A stretch of DNA of 64,000 nt, taken from contig OZ245842.1 in assembly GCA_965228895.1 (NCBI GenBank), positions 2,208,001 to 2,272,000 on the forward strand, given 5' to 3'. The translations under genes were made by a program, and so were the position numbers. The notes beneath the pieces are model-generated. The model was given only the letters and a program-made list of their open reading frames with translations, searched no databases and was not told the DNA's origin. Origin of the DNA: Alphaproteobacteria bacterium (GTDB lineage Bacteria > Pseudomonadota > Alphaproteobacteria > SP197). This document shows positions 34,057-45,880 of this stretch, one piece after another; the stretch's first letter is position 1, and the number at the start of each line of letters is the position of its first letter.

Positions 34057-34896
34057 ATGACATCCAAACACGTCCAGATCGGCCCGGTCACCGTCGGCAA
34101 CGATCTCAGTCTCACCGTGATTGCCGGACCGTGCGCGATAGAAGGCCGCGACCATGCGCTCAAGACCGCGGAGCGGCTGGTCAGGATCACCGAACAGGCG
34201 GGTGTCGGTTTCATCTACAAAAGTTCGTTCGACAAGGCGAACCGCACGAGTATCGAAAGCGGACGCGGTATCGGTATCGAGGAGGGGCTCCGGATCCTGA
34301 CCGACGTGCGTGACACTCATGGCTGCCCGGTCTTGACGGATGTGCACGAGCGCGAGCAATGCACGGCCGTGGGCGAGGCGGTCGACGTCCTTCAGATCCC
34401 GGCGTTCTTGTGCCGCCAGACTGACCTTCTGGTCGCCGCCGGCAAAACCGGCAAGGCGGTCAATGTAAAGAAGGGCCAGTTCCTGGCGCCATGGGACATG
34501 AAACATGTGGCCGCCAAGGTCGCGGCGACTGGCAACGACAACATTATGTTGACCGAGCGTGGGGCGACGTTTGGTTACAACCTTCTGGTCTCCGACATGC
34601 GTTCGCTGCCGATCATGGCCGAGGAAGGTTATCCCGTTGTGTTCGATGCCACCCACTCGGTGATGCAGCCCGGTGGCCAGGGCGGCAAGAGCGGCGGCCA
34701 GCGTGAGTTTGTCCCGGTTCTGGCCCGTGCTGCGGTGGCGGTCGGTACCGCGGCGGTCTTCATGGAAACCCATGAAGATCCGGACAGCGCGCCCAGCGAT
34801 GGCCCCAACATGGTGCCGCTGGACGACATGCCGGAACTCTTGGCGACGCTTGTCGCCCTTGACGGCTTGGTGAAGAAACGGGCAAACACCGCCTGA
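34057..34896 (+). CDS. kdsA: KDO 8-phosphate synthase
   Basis: [30 protein letters not shown]. Confidence 0.98.
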   Translation: MTSKHVQIGPVTVGNDLSLTVIAGPCAIEGRDHALKTAERLVRITEQAGVGFIYKSSFDKANRTSIESGRGIGIEEGLRILTDVRDTHGCPVLTDVHEREQCTAVGEAVDVLQIPAFLCRQTDLLVAAGKTGKAVNVKKGQFLAPWDMKHVAAKVAATGNDNIMLTERGATFGYNLLVSDMRSLPIMAEEGYPVVFDATHSVMQPGGQGGKSGGQREFVPVLARAAVAVGTAAVFMETHEDPDSAPSDGPNMVPLDDMPELLATLVALDGLVKKRANTA

Positions 34897-36228
<1,332 letters not shown>

Positions 36229-36326
36229 CCGCTATTGCTGCCTTCCGGCATTCGGAAATCAGGCCAAATTGCTGATTTATAGCGTTTTTTCTTGACCTCT
36301 TCAGGTGCTGGTGATTCACTGCGCTC

Positions 36327-36644
36327 ATGGTTCGACTTCGCGAACGTTTGCGCCGCTCCGCTAAGCACCTGCCGGGTCTGGTTGGCATGTGCGCTGTCGT
36401 GTATTTCGGCTATCACGCGATCCAGGGCGATCGCGGCCTCCTGACCCTGATCAAGCTGGACAATCGGGTTGCCTCGGTGAGCCACCAGGTTGACGTTGTG
36501 AGGGACGAGCAAATGGGCCTGGCGCAGCGAGTTTCGCTGATGCGCCCGGCCAGTCTGGACCGCGACATGCTGGAAGAGCAGGTTCGTCTGGTCCTGAACT
36601 ATACCCATCCCAACGACGTCGTGATCCAGATCGACGAACGCTAA
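36327..36644 (+). CDS. ftsB: Septum formation initiator (FtsB/DivIC family)
   Basis: TM followed by YHAIQGDRGL, coiled coil, LDRDMLEEQVR; follows eno. Confidence 0.88.
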   Translation: MVRLRERLRRSAKHLPGLVGMCAVVYFGYHAIQGDRGLLTLIKLDNRVASVSHQVDVVRDEQMGLAQRVSLMRPASLDRDMLEEQVRLVLNYTHPNDVVIQIDER

Positions 36645-36714
36645 GCGGTGTTGGGAAAACCCCCTCGCGGGGGAAAAATCCTACCAGTTTCATGTTTTTG
36701 TGACGGTGCGGCGC

Positions 36715-36743
36715 TTGCAAGCGGGCAAACGGGTCCCTAATTT
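36715..36743 (+). promoter_or_regulatory. Putative sigma70 promoter of the pdh operon
   Basis: TTGCAA (36715-36720), 17 nt, TAATTT (36738-36743), about 55 nt before pdhA. Confidence 0.5.
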
Positions 36744-36799
36744 GCGTGCAAGCGATCGGCGCGTTTGATCGCGCCAGGCGCATTCATCTAGGGGGACGC

Positions 36800-37843
36800 A
36801 TGGCCCGCACGACAGCGAGCAAGAGCCGAGCCGGTGGACGCAAGGCCGCACCGGCTAAAGCAGCAGCCAGCCAGATTGCCGGTGAGGAGCTCCTGAACTG
36901 CTATCAGCAGATGTTGCTGGTGCGCCGTTTCGAGGAAAAAGTCGGCCAGATGTACGGCATGGGCCTGATCGGCGGCTTTTGCCATCTCTATATCGGCCAG
37001 GAAGCCGTCGTCGTCGGCATGGACCACGCCTGCCGGCCCGATGACGCTGTGATTACCAGTTACCGTTGCCACGCCCACGCGCTGATCCGCGGTGTCCCAG
37101 CCAAGGCCGTGATGGCCGAATTGACAGGCCGCGCCGCCGGTATCTCGAAAGGCAAGGGCGGTTCCATGCACATGTTCGACCGCGAACTCGGCTTTTATGG
37201 TGGCCACGGCATCGTCGCCGCCCAAGTGCCGATTGGTGCTGGCATCGCGTTTGCGATGAAGTATCGCGAACAGGATACGGTCTCACTCGACTATTTCGGC
37301 GAAGGCGCCGCCAACCAGGGACAGGTCTATGAGACCTTCAACATGGCGAGCCTTTGGAAACTGCCGGTCGTTTTTGTTGTCGAGAACAACCAATACGCCA
37401 TGGGCACGTCGATCGAACGATCGAAGGCCGGCACCGAACTCTACCGTCGCGGCGAGGCGTTCGGCATTCCCGGTATCGAAGTCGACGGCATGGATGTCGA
37501 GGCGGTGTGCCAGGCCGGTGCCGAGGCGATCGCCCATTGCCGTGCCGGCGAAGGGCCGATCCTGGTCGAGATGAAGACCTATCGCTACCGCGGCCATTCC
37601 ATGTCCGATCCGGCGAAGTACCGGTCCAAGGACGAGGTCAAGAAGATGCGTGCCGAGCACGATCCGATCGACCACATCCGCGCGGTCTTGATCGAACGTG
37701 GCGAAGCCGATGACGACAAGCTGAAAGAGATTGACCGCGAGGTGAAGTCGCAGGTCGCCGAGGCCGCCGAATTCGCCCAGAACGCGCCAGAGCCCGAACT
37801 CGAAGAACTCTACACCGACGTTTACGCCGGCGAAGCGGCCTAA
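36800..37843 (+). CDS. pdhA: Pyruvate dehydrogenase E1 alpha subunit
   Basis: GFCHLYIGQEA, KGGSMH, GEGAANQGQ, YRGHSMSDP. Confidence 0.98.
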   Translation: MARTTASKSRAGGRKAAPAKAAASQIAGEELLNCYQQMLLVRRFEEKVGQMYGMGLIGGFCHLYIGQEAVVVGMDHACRPDDAVITSYRCHAHALIRGVPAKAVMAELTGRAAGISKGKGGSMHMFDRELGFYGGHGIVAAQVPIGAGIAFAMKYREQDTVSLDYFGEGAANQGQVYETFNMASLWKLPVVFVVENNQYAMGTSIERSKAGTELYRRGEAFGIPGIEVDGMDVEAVCQAGAEAIAHCRAGEGPILVEMKTYRYRGHSMSDPAKYRSKDEVKKMRAEHDPIDHIRAVLIERGEADDDKLKEIDREVKSQVAEAAEFAQNAPEPELEELYTDVYAGEAA

Positions 37844-37855
37844 GGGGGCAAGCAG

Positions 37856-38842
37856 ATGGTCGAGATTACCGTACGCGACGCCTTGCGCGATGCTATGGCT
37901 GAAGAGATGCGCCGCGATCCCGATGTCTTCCTGATCGGCGAGGAGGTTGCGGAGTATCAGGGCGCCTACAAGGTGAGCCAGGGTCTGCTCGAAGAGTTCG
38001 GCGCCCGCCGGGTTGTCGACACACCGATCACCGAGCACGGCTTTGCCGGCCTCAGCGTCGGCGCCGCGTTCGCCGGGCTCAGACCCATTACCGAGTTCAT
38101 GACCTTCAACTTCGCCATGCAGGCGATGGACCATCTGATCAACTCGGCGGCCAAGACGCTCTACATGTCGGCCGGCCAGATCAATGTGCCCATCGTGTTT
38201 CGCGGCCCCAACGGTGCTGCCGCGCGTGTCGCCGCACAGCATTCCCAGAATTACGCGAGTTGGTACAGCCATGTCCCCGGCTTGAAGGTTGTCGCGCCTT
38301 ACTCGGCAGAGGATGCCAAGGGCCTTTTGAAGTCGGCGATCCGTGACCCCAATCCTGTGGTCGTCCTTGAGAACGAATTGCTCTATGGCGAGACCTTCAC
38401 GCTGCCCGACGATGACGACTTTCTGGTGCCGATCGGCAAGGCCAAGATCGAGCGCGAAGGCAGCGACGTCACCATTGTCTCGTTCTCGATTGTTCTTGGA
38501 CGGGCGTTGCAGGCTGCCGAGGTTTTGGCTGGCGAAGGGATCGAGGCGGAGGTGATTAACCTCAGGAGCCTGCGCCCGATGGACACAGAGACGATCCTGA
38601 CGTCGCTCGCCAAGACCAACCGACTGGTGTGCGCCGAGGAGGGCTGGCCGCAATCCGGTGTCGGCGCGGAGGTCGCCGCGGTGTGTATGGAGCAGGGGTT
38701 CGACCTGTTGGATGCGCCGGTCAAGCGGGTCTGCGGCGTCGACGTGCCGTTGCCCTATGCCGCCAATCTCGAACATGCGGCGCAGCCGCAGGTCGAGACG
38801 ATTGTCGAGGCGGTCAAGGCCGTCTGTTACACCGATGCCTGA
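37856..38842 (+). CDS. pdhB: Pyruvate dehydrogenase E1 beta subunit (no lipoyl domain)
   Basis: [35 protein letters not shown]. Confidence 0.98.
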   Translation: MVEITVRDALRDAMAEEMRRDPDVFLIGEEVAEYQGAYKVSQGLLEEFGARRVVDTPITEHGFAGLSVGAAFAGLRPITEFMTFNFAMQAMDHLINSAAKTLYMSAGQINVPIVFRGPNGAAARVAAQHSQNYASWYSHVPGLKVVAPYSAEDAKGLLKSAIRDPNPVVVLENELLYGETFTLPDDDDFLVPIGKAKIEREGSDVTIVSFSIVLGRALQAAEVLAGEGIEAEVINLRSLRPMDTETILTSLAKTNRLVCAEEGWPQSGVGAEVAAVCMEQGFDLLDAPVKRVCGVDVPLPYAANLEHAAQPQVETIVEAVKAVCYTDA

Positions 38843-38862
38843 GCGATGAAGGGGAAACCGAG

Positions 38863-40140
38863 ATGACCATCAACATCACCATGCCCCAGTTGTCGCCGAC
38901 CATGACCGACGGCACGCTCTCCAAGTGGCTCGTGAAGGAAGGCGATAGCGTCACATCCGGCGACGTGCTGGCGGAGATCGAAACCGACAAGGCGACGATG
39001 GAGGTCGAATCCATCGACGAAGGCACGGTCGGCAAGATCCTGGTTGCCGAAGGCACCGACAATGTGCCGGTCAACAACGTCATCGCGGTGTTGCTGGAAG
39101 AGGGCGAGGACGCCTCGGCGCTCGACGGTGTCGATACGGCAGCCGCCGCGCCGGCAGCGGTGCCGGCGGCTGAACCGGAAGCCGCGCCAGCCGAACCCAG
39201 CCAAGCCGAGGAGCCGGCCGCCGCTGCGCCTCAACCGATGGCGGCACCTGCGTCGGAAGATGGCGATCGGGTCAAGGCAAGTCCGTTGGCGCGCAGCATG
39301 GCCAAGCAGGCTGGTGTTGATCTGAGCCAGGTTACTGGCAGCGGCCCGCACGGCCGCATCGTCAAGCGCGATATCGAGGCCGCCTCCGCCGGCGGTGTCG
39401 CGGCCGCTGCGGCACCGGCCGCCGCGCCGATGGCAGCACCGATCATGGCGCCGGGTGCGGCTTATGAGGACGTCAAGCTCTCCAACATGCGCCGCGTCAT
39501 TGCCGAGCGCCTCCAGGAAGCCAAACAGACGATCCCGCATTTCTATCTGACGGTCGATTGTGAGCTCGACCGTCTGCTGGAACTGCGCAAGGAGCTGAAC
39601 AGTCGCTCCGACGACTACAAGCTCAGCGTCAACGACTTCGTCATCAAGGCGCTCGCTGTCGCGCTGCGCAAGGTGCCCGACGCCAACGCGGCGTGGGGCG
39701 GCGATGTGCTGCGCCGGTTCACCACCGTCGACGTTTCGGTTGCCGTGGCGATCGACGGCGGCCTGATCACGCCGATCATCCGTAACGCCGACGCGAAAGG
39801 GCTGGTCGATATCTCCGAGGAGATGAAGGAACTGGCCGGGCGGGCGCGCGAAGGCAAGCTGATGCCCGAGGAGTACCAGGGCGGTACCTTCAGCCTGTCC
39901 AATCTCGGCATGTACGGCATCAAGCAGTTCGATGCGGTGATCAACCCGCCGCAGGCCGGCATCATCGCGGTCGGCGCGGGCGAGCAACGGCCGGTCGTGA
40001 AAGACGGCGCGCTCAGCGTCGCGACCGTCATGAGCTGCACGCTGAGCTGCGATCACCGCGTCATCGACGGCGCGATCGGCGCGCGCTTGCTGACCGCGTT
40101 CAAGGGGTTGATCGAAGAACCGCTGACCATGCTTCTCTAA
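38863..40140 (+). CDS. pdhC: Pyruvate dehydrogenase E2 dihydrolipoamide acetyltransferase
   Basis: One lipoyl domain (ETDKATME), PSBD (ASPLAR...GPHGRI), catalytic DHRVIDG. Confidence 0.97.
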   Translation: MTINITMPQLSPTMTDGTLSKWLVKEGDSVTSGDVLAEIETDKATMEVESIDEGTVGKILVAEGTDNVPVNNVIAVLLEEGEDASALDGVDTAAAAPAAVPAAEPEAAPAEPSQAEEPAAAAPQPMAAPASEDGDRVKASPLARSMAKQAGVDLSQVTGSGPHGRIVKRDIEAASAGGVAAAAAPAAAPMAAPIMAPGAAYEDVKLSNMRRVIAERLQEAKQTIPHFYLTVDCELDRLLELRKELNSRSDDYKLSVNDFVIKALAVALRKVPDANAAWGGDVLRRFTTVDVSVAVAIDGGLITPIIRNADAKGLVDISEEMKELAGRAREGKLMPEEYQGGTFSLSNLGMYGIKQFDAVINPPQAGIIAVGAGEQRPVVKDGALSVATVMSCTLSCDHRVIDGAIGARLLTAFKGLIEEPLTMLL

Positions 40141-40151
40141 AGGAGAAACCG

Positions 40152-41555
40152 ATGGCCGATACCTCGTTCGATCTTGTCGTCGTCGGCGGCGGCCCTGGCG
40201 GCTATGTCGCCGCCATCCGCGCAGCTCAGCTCGGCATGAAGGTGGCGTGCGTGGAACGCGAGCATCTCGGCGGGATCTGCCTCAACTGGGGCTGCATTCC
40301 GACCAAGGCGTTGCTGCGCTCATCCGAGATTTTCCATCACCTGAACAATGCCGGCGATTTCGGTCTGACGGTCGGTGATGTCGGTTACGACGCCGGCAAG
40401 ATCGTCGAGCGCAGCCGTCAGGTTGCCGGGCGTCTCTCCAAGGGCGTTGGCTTCCTTCTAAAGAAGAATAAGGTCACGGTCTTCGACGGCGAGGGCAAAC
40501 TGGCCGGCAAGGGCAAACTGGCGGTCACCAAGGACGGCAAGGATGTCGCGACACTCGACGCCAAGAACATCATCCTGGCGACCGGCGCGCGCGCGCGTGA
40601 CCTGCCGGACATCAAGGCCGACGGCAAGCTGATCTGGTCTTACAAGGAAGCCATGGTGCCCGACGCCATGCCAAAATCGGTGCTGGTGATCGGCTCCGGC
40701 GCGATCGGCATCGAGTTCGCGAGTTTCTACCATGACATGGGCGCCGAGGTGACCGTGGTCGAGGTTGTCGACCGCATCCTGCCGGCTGAGGACGAGGAGA
40801 TTTCCGATCTCGCGCTGAAGGCCTTCCAGAAACAGGGGTTGACCATCCATACCGGCACCAAGGTCAAGGCCGCCAAGCCCGCCCAGAAATCCGTCGCCGT
40901 GACGTTCGAGACCAAGGACGGCAAGGAGCAAAAGCTCACCGTTGACCGTGTCGTGCTCGCCGTCGGCATCACCGGCAATGTCGAGGATATCGGTCTTGAA
41001 GGCACCAAGGTCGAGGTCGACCGCGGCCACATCGTCGTCGATGAGTGGCTGGCAACGGGCGAGCCCGGCGTCTACGCCATCGGCGACGTGGTCGGGCCGC
41101 CCTGGCTGGCGCACAAGGCGAGCCATGAGGGCGTCATCTGCGTCGAGAAGATCGCCGGCGTCGAGCACGTCCAGCCGATGATCAAGACCAACATCCCCGG
41201 CTGCACCTATTGCCGGCCCCAGGTCGCCAGTGTCGGCCTGACGGAAGCCGTGGCCAAGGAGCAGGGCCACAAACTGAAGGTCGGCCGCTTCCCGTTCATC
41301 GGTAACGGCAAGGCGATCGCGCTCGGTGACGACCAGGGTCTGGTCAAGACGATCTTCGATGCCGACACCGGCGAATTGCTGGGTGCCCATATGATCGGCG
41401 CCGAGGTGACCGAGCTGATCCAGGGGTTCTGCATCGCCAAAACGCTCGAAACGACCGAGGTGGAGCTGATGGAGACCATTTTCCCCCATCCCACGCTCTC
41501 GGAGATGATGCATGAGTCGGTCCTTGCGGCCTATGACCGGGTCATCCACATATAG
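40152..41555 (+). CDS. lpdA: Dihydrolipoyl dehydrogenase (E3)
   Basis: GGGPGGY, CLNWGCIPTK, GSGAIG, HPTLSE. Confidence 0.98.
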   Translation: MADTSFDLVVVGGGPGGYVAAIRAAQLGMKVACVEREHLGGICLNWGCIPTKALLRSSEIFHHLNNAGDFGLTVGDVGYDAGKIVERSRQVAGRLSKGVGFLLKKNKVTVFDGEGKLAGKGKLAVTKDGKDVATLDAKNIILATGARARDLPDIKADGKLIWSYKEAMVPDAMPKSVLVIGSGAIGIEFASFYHDMGAEVTVVEVVDRILPAEDEEISDLALKAFQKQGLTIHTGTKVKAAKPAQKSVAVTFETKDGKEQKLTVDRVVLAVGITGNVEDIGLEGTKVEVDRGHIVVDEWLATGEPGVYAIGDVVGPPWLAHKASHEGVICVEKIAGVEHVQPMIKTNIPGCTYCRPQVASVGLTEAVAKEQGHKLKVGRFPFIGNGKAIALGDDQGLVKTIFDADTGELLGAHMIGAEVTELIQGFCIAKTLETTEVELMETIFPHPTLSEMMHESVLAAYDRVIHI

Positions 41556-41594
41556 GCCCAGAGATTGCGTGCTCCGTAGAGAGGGAGCCGAACC

Positions 41595-42560
41595 ATGACC
41601 AAGATCGACCTTGTCGACCGCCCGGCGGAGGAAACGCCGCGTCCGCGTCATCCGGAAAAGGCCTGGAAACCGGCCAACCCGGTGCCGCGCAAGCCGTCAT
41701 GGATCCGGGTCAAGGCACCGACGTCGCCGGCCTTTAACGAGACCCGCAAGCTTATCCGCGAGAACGGCCTGACGACCGTGTGCGAGGAGGCGGCCTGCCC
41801 GAACATCGGCGAATGTTGGGCTAACCAGCATGCGACCGTGATGATCCTGGGCGACACCTGCACGCGCGCCTGCGCCTTCTGTAACGTCACCACCGGCAAA
41901 CCCTCGGCTGTCGACCAGGAAGAGCCGGCCAAGCTTGCCCGGGCGGTACAAGGGCTGGGTCTCAAACACGTCGTCATCACCTCGGTCGACCGTGACGACC
42001 TGGCTGATGGCGGCGCCGACCAGTTTGTCCGTTGCATCCAGGCACTGCGGGAGGCGACGCCCGAGACGACGATTGAAATCCTGACGCCGGATTTCCTCCG
42101 CAAGGAAGGCGCGATCGAGGCGGTCGTGGCGGCACGCCCCGATGTCTACAACCACAATCTGGAGACGGTGCCGCGTCTCTATCACGACGTCAGACCGGGC
42201 TCGCGCTACTTCACCTCGCTCAACCTGCTGTGGCGAGTCAAGCAGAGTGACCCCACGATCTTCACCAAATCGGGCCTGATGGTGGGACTGGGCGAAAGCA
42301 AGGACGAGGTGCAGCAAGTCATGGACGATCTGCGCGAGGCCGATGTCGACTTCCTGACCATCGGCCAATATCTGCAACCGACGCCGCATCATCACGCGAT
42401 CGATCGCTTCTGGACGCCCGAGGAATTTGCCGAGCTTGAGAAGATCGCCTATGCAAAAGGCTTCCTCATGGTGTCGGCAAGCCCGTTGACCCGCTCGTCC
42501 TATCATGCCGATGCTGACTTCGCGCAAATGCGCGACAATCGGATGAAAGCGCACGCCTGA
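41595..42560 (+). CDS. lipA: Lipoyl synthase
   Basis: [24 protein letters not shown]. Confidence 0.98.
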   Translation: MTKIDLVDRPAEETPRPRHPEKAWKPANPVPRKPSWIRVKAPTSPAFNETRKLIRENGLTTVCEEAACPNIGECWANQHATVMILGDTCTRACAFCNVTTGKPSAVDQEEPAKLARAVQGLGLKHVVITSVDRDDLADGGADQFVRCIQALREATPETTIEILTPDFLRKEGAIEAVVAARPDVYNHNLETVPRLYHDVRPGSRYFTSLNLLWRVKQSDPTIFTKSGLMVGLGESKDEVQQVMDDLREADVDFLTIGQYLQPTPHHHAIDRFWTPEEFAELEKIAYAKGFLMVSASPLTRSSYHADADFAQMRDNRMKAHA

Positions 42561-43045
42561 TGCCGACGCATGCCGAACAGCGGCCGCTGCCTTACACGCC
42601 CGAGCAAATGTTCGAACTGGTTGGTGCCGTCGAGCGCTATCCGGAGTTCTTGCCCTGGTGCACGGCAACCCGCATCAAGCGGCGCGAAGAGAACATCTTG
42701 TGGGCCGATCTCGCGGTCGGCTTCAAGGTGTTCCGCGAGACCTTCACGTCGAAGGTGACCTTGGAGCGTCCGGATAGCATCCATGTCGAATACCTCGATG
42801 GACCATTTCGATATCTGAACAACCACTGGAAGTTTCTGCGCCAACCCGACGGATCGACCGTTGTCGACTTCTATGTCGACTTTGAATTCCGTTCGCGGAT
42901 CCTGCGAAAAGCGATCGGGGTTTTGTTCGAGGAGGCGGTCAGGCGTATGGTCGCGGCCTTCGAGAACCGTGCGGAGCAGCTTTACGGCACCGATACCGCG
43001 GCAAACCAGGCCGTCGCCGAAACGCTGCAATCCAGTTCAAGTTGA
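42560..43045 (+). CDS. RatA/Coq10 family START-domain protein
   Basis: VERYPEFLPWC, FTSKV, GPFRYL, AFENRA; follows lipA. Confidence 0.92.
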   Translation: MPTHAEQRPLPYTPEQMFELVGAVERYPEFLPWCTATRIKRREENILWADLAVGFKVFRETFTSKVTLERPDSIHVEYLDGPFRYLNNHWKFLRQPDGSTVVDFYVDFEFRSRILRKAIGVLFEEAVRRMVAAFENRAEQLYGTDTAANQAVAETLQSSSS

Positions 43046-43059
43046 TCATGGGGTCGTCG

Positions 43060-43650
43060 ATGCCGAAACGAACCGTTGATGTGCCCGCCTATGCGGGCGC
43101 ATGGATCAATGTCGCGGAAGGCGAGGTCGTTCGCCTGATCGATATCGAAGGATGCCAGATCGGCGATCTCTTCGCCGTCGCGACCGCTGATCACAACGAG
43201 TTTTTGAGTCCCTCAGTCACGCGCCTTAACAACGGCAACATCTTTCCCCGGCTCGGAGAGTCGTTCTTTTCATCCGCCGACCGGCCGATCCTGACATTTC
43301 TGGAGGATACGTCGCCCGGTCAGCACGACATGCTCTACGCGTCTTGTAATGACGCGTGGTACCGAAGCCGGGGCATGCCGGACCATAGGAACTGCCGCGA
43401 CAACTATTTCGCCGCGGCGCGCGATGCCGGCATCAACCACGCGATCCAACCCGATCCCGTCAACATCTTCCAGAACACGCCGCCGAAACCGGACGGTTCG
43501 TTCTTTGTCGGCGTAACGCTGAGCGGGCCCGGCGACCATGTAACACTGCGGGCCGAACTCGACTGCATTGTCATTGTCACGGCCTGCTCGTCGGACCGGA
43601 TCCTCGGCGGCAAATCGACGCCGATGCGCCTTGAGGTCTACGACAGTTAG
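43060..43650 (+). CDS. DUF1989 / urea-carboxylase-associated family protein (alternative starts 43042, 43048)
   Basis: RLIDIEGCQIGD, HDMLYASC, NCRDN, PDPVNIFQN, LRAELD...TACS. Confidence 0.85.
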   Translation: MPKRTVDVPAYAGAWINVAEGEVVRLIDIEGCQIGDLFAVATADHNEFLSPSVTRLNNGNIFPRLGESFFSSADRPILTFLEDTSPGQHDMLYASCNDAWYRSRGMPDHRNCRDNYFAAARDAGINHAIQPDPVNIFQNTPPKPDGSFFVGVTLSGPGDHVTLRAELDCIVIVTACSSDRILGGKSTPMRLEVYDS

Positions 43651-44135
43651 GTATCGGTTGTGTCGAGCGCCAGCTTGAGCGCCTCGATAACAGAGCGCCG
43701 CCGAACCTCCGTGCGGCCGATGTCACCGAAATGATGAACCCTGTGTGTCACACCGCCGTCCCGCGCGGCAGCCATGTGCACCAAGCCGGCGGGTTTGGTC
43801 TGGCTGTCGCTACCCGGTCCAGCGACGCCGGTGACGGCGAGGCCAAGGTGTTCGGGCGAGAGCAGGGCGCCCTCGGCCATCGCCCGCGCGACCGGTTCGC
43901 TGACCGCGCCGTGCTCCGTGATCATCGTTTGGGGCACACCGAGCAGCGCCGTCTTGGCAGCGTAGGAATAGGTCACGAAGCCTCGGTCGACGACGTCGGA
44001 CGACCCGGCAATGGCGGTCAGCGCACCGGCGACAAGACCACCGGTACACGATTCCGCGGTTACGATCATCAAACCGCGTTCCCGGCAGCGCTCCAGCGTC
44101 TGGCGCGCGAGATCCAGAATCTCCTGATCAAACAT
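43647..44135 (-). CDS. CinA C-terminal family, nicotinamide-nucleotide amidohydrolase (PncC-like)
   Basis: TAESCTGGL, GSSDV, HGAVS, TGVAGPG. Confidence 0.93.
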   Translation of the reverse strand: MFDQEILDLARQTLERCRERGLMIVTAESCTGGLVAGALTAIAGSSDVVDRGFVTYSYAAKTALLGVPQTMITEHGAVSEPVARAMAEGALLSPEHLGLAVTGVAGPGSDSQTKPAGLVHMAAARDGGVTHRVHHFGDIGRTEVRRRSVIEALKLALDTTDT

Positions 44136-44652
44136 AGGTCCGCATTAAGTATGCCACGATCCAGACCGAAACGGCTGCGAACAGACCAGCCAAGATATCG
44201 TCAGCCATAACGCCCCAGGCGCCCGGCGTCCGCCGTTCGACCCAGCTAATCGGCCATGGCTTGAAGATGTCGAACACACGGAAGAAGGCAAAGCCAAGGA
44301 CAAACAGAAAAGGGCTGACCGCTGCTGTCGTCAGGGCCAAGAGCTGGCCCGCGACCTCATCAATGACGATGGACGGCTGGTCGTCGGTTTCCGCATCGTC
44401 CGACATCTGTTTGATCATGCGATGGCTGGCCCAAAGCCCGGCGACAAACGCCACCACCGCACCGGCAAAGACCAGGTAAGTGCCGCCGACAACGGCGAGC
44501 ACGAACCCGATCGGCACCGCCGCCATCGAACCCCATGTTCCCGGCGCCGGCCGGATCAGTCCGACATGAAACCATGTCGCGATATGCGTCGACAGCGCAT
44601 TGCGATCGACACCGGCGGGCAGCGTGGCGCGGCGCTTCGGCTTTTCGGTCAT
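44128..44652 (-). CDS. pgpA: Phosphatidylglycerophosphatase A
   Basis: APGTWGS, IVIDEVAG, FRVFDIFKPWPI, GVMADD. Confidence 0.95.
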   Translation of the reverse strand: MTEKPKRRATLPAGVDRNALSTHIATWFHVGLIRPAPGTWGSMAAVPIGFVLAVVGGTYLVFAGAVVAFVAGLWASHRMIKQMSDDAETDDQPSIVIDEVAGQLLALTTAAVSPFLFVLGFAFFRVFDIFKPWPISWVERRTPGAWGVMADDILAGLFAAVSVWIVAYLMRTYV

Positions 44653-45800
44653 GGCGCCGGCATGTCCAGCGTAACGACGGCGTTGCCGGCGATGCCTTCG
44701 CCGCGCCCGGCAAAGCCAAGCCCGTCTGTTGAGGTCACCTTCACGTTGATGCGTGCCGGCGCGGATTCCAACAGGCTGGCGACCCGGTCGCGCATGGCCG
44801 GCTGATGGCGTGCCAGACGTGGCCGTTCGCAGATTAAGGTGATGTCGACGTTGATCAGGCGAGCGTTGCGCTCCTTCATCATCGCAACCGCGACGGCTAC
44901 CAGATCGCTCGACGGACGGCCATGCCATGTGGTGTCACTCGGCGGAAAGTGCGTGCCGAGATCGCCGGTGCCGAGCGCGCCGAAGATCGCATCGACAAGC
45001 ACATGCAGGCCGACATCGGCGTCCGTGTTGCCGGCGAGCCCGCGGTCGTGGGGCACCTCGATGCCGCATAGCGTGACATGGTCGCCGTCCGTGAAGGCAT
45101 GAACATCAAAACCTTGGCCGGTTCTCGTTTCGCGTCGCCCAAGTGCCGCGCGGGCGCGTTCAAGGTCGCTCGGCGTAGTGATTTTTGCGTTTTCTACAGC
45201 GCCCTCGACCATGCGTACGGTCATGCCGGCGGCCTCGGCAACCGCCGCATCGTCGGTCAGTGCTTTTCCTTGCGCTTGGCGGTGCGCCTGCAGGATGGCG
45301 TCGAAATGGAATCCCTGTGGCGTCTGGGCAGCCCAAAGCCCGTCTCGCGGTTCTGTCGTGACGACAAGACCGCCTTCACACCGTTTCAGCGTGTCGGACA
45401 CCGCGAGGCCGGGCAGGACGGCTTGATCGCTTGCAAGGCGATCGACAACCCGCTGAATCAGGTCTCCCGGCACAAACGGGCGGGCGGCGTCATGAATCAG
45501 GACGTTATCGGGTGCGTCATCGACAAGCGCTTCAAGGCCGGCCGCGACGGATGCTTGGCGGCTATCACCCCCGTGGATGGGTGGCGCAAGGTCGAAACCC
45601 TTGATCGCATCGTCGTAGTGGCTGCGCCGGTCGGGATCGATCACGATGCGAACGCCGTCGATCGCGGGATGCTGGTGGAAGGCGCCCAGCGTCCAGGCGA
45701 GAAGCGGCCGGCCGGCGACGTCGGCGTACTGTTTCGGCAAATCGGATCCCACCCGTTCGCCACGGCCGGCGGCGACGATCAGGGCAACGGTAGACGGCAT
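44649..45800 (-). CDS. ispDF: Bifunctional IspD/IspF
   Basis: IspD: AAGRGER, PKQY, HDAARP, QTPQGF, KITT. IspF: GQGFDVH, GRGEGIA. Confidence 0.96.
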   Translation of the reverse strand: MPSTVALIVAAGRGERVGSDLPKQYADVAGRPLLAWTLGAFHQHPAIDGVRIVIDPDRRSHYDDAIKGFDLAPPIHGGDSRQASVAAGLEALVDDAPDNVLIHDAARPFVPGDLIQRVVDRLASDQAVLPGLAVSDTLKRCEGGLVVTTEPRDGLWAAQTPQGFHFDAILQAHRQAQGKALTDDAAVAEAAGMTVRMVEGAVENAKITTPSDLERARAALGRRETRTGQGFDVHAFTDGDHVTLCGIEVPHDRGLAGNTDADVGLHVLVDAIFGALGTGDLGTHFPPSDTTWHGRPSSDLVAVAVAMMKERNARLINVDITLICERPRLARHQPAMRDRVASLLESAPARINVKVTSTDGLGFAGRGEGIAGNAVVTLDMPAP

Positions 45801-45880
45801 GGCGGCGCTATGGCGATTGATGAACGGAGCCCGGAGACTTTAGGCCAAGGTCCAGATGGCGTCGATGGAAACGCATCCAC

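Noticed and set aside
36656-36678. CCCCC-TCGC-GGGGG hairpin after ftsB
   Set aside because: The T-tract is only on the minus strand, where there is no gene to terminate; too weak to call.
42560-43045. RatA as the toxin of a toxin-antitoxin system
   Set aside because: In Alphaproteobacteria this lipA-linked gene is the Coq10-like START protein; no RatB partner is present.
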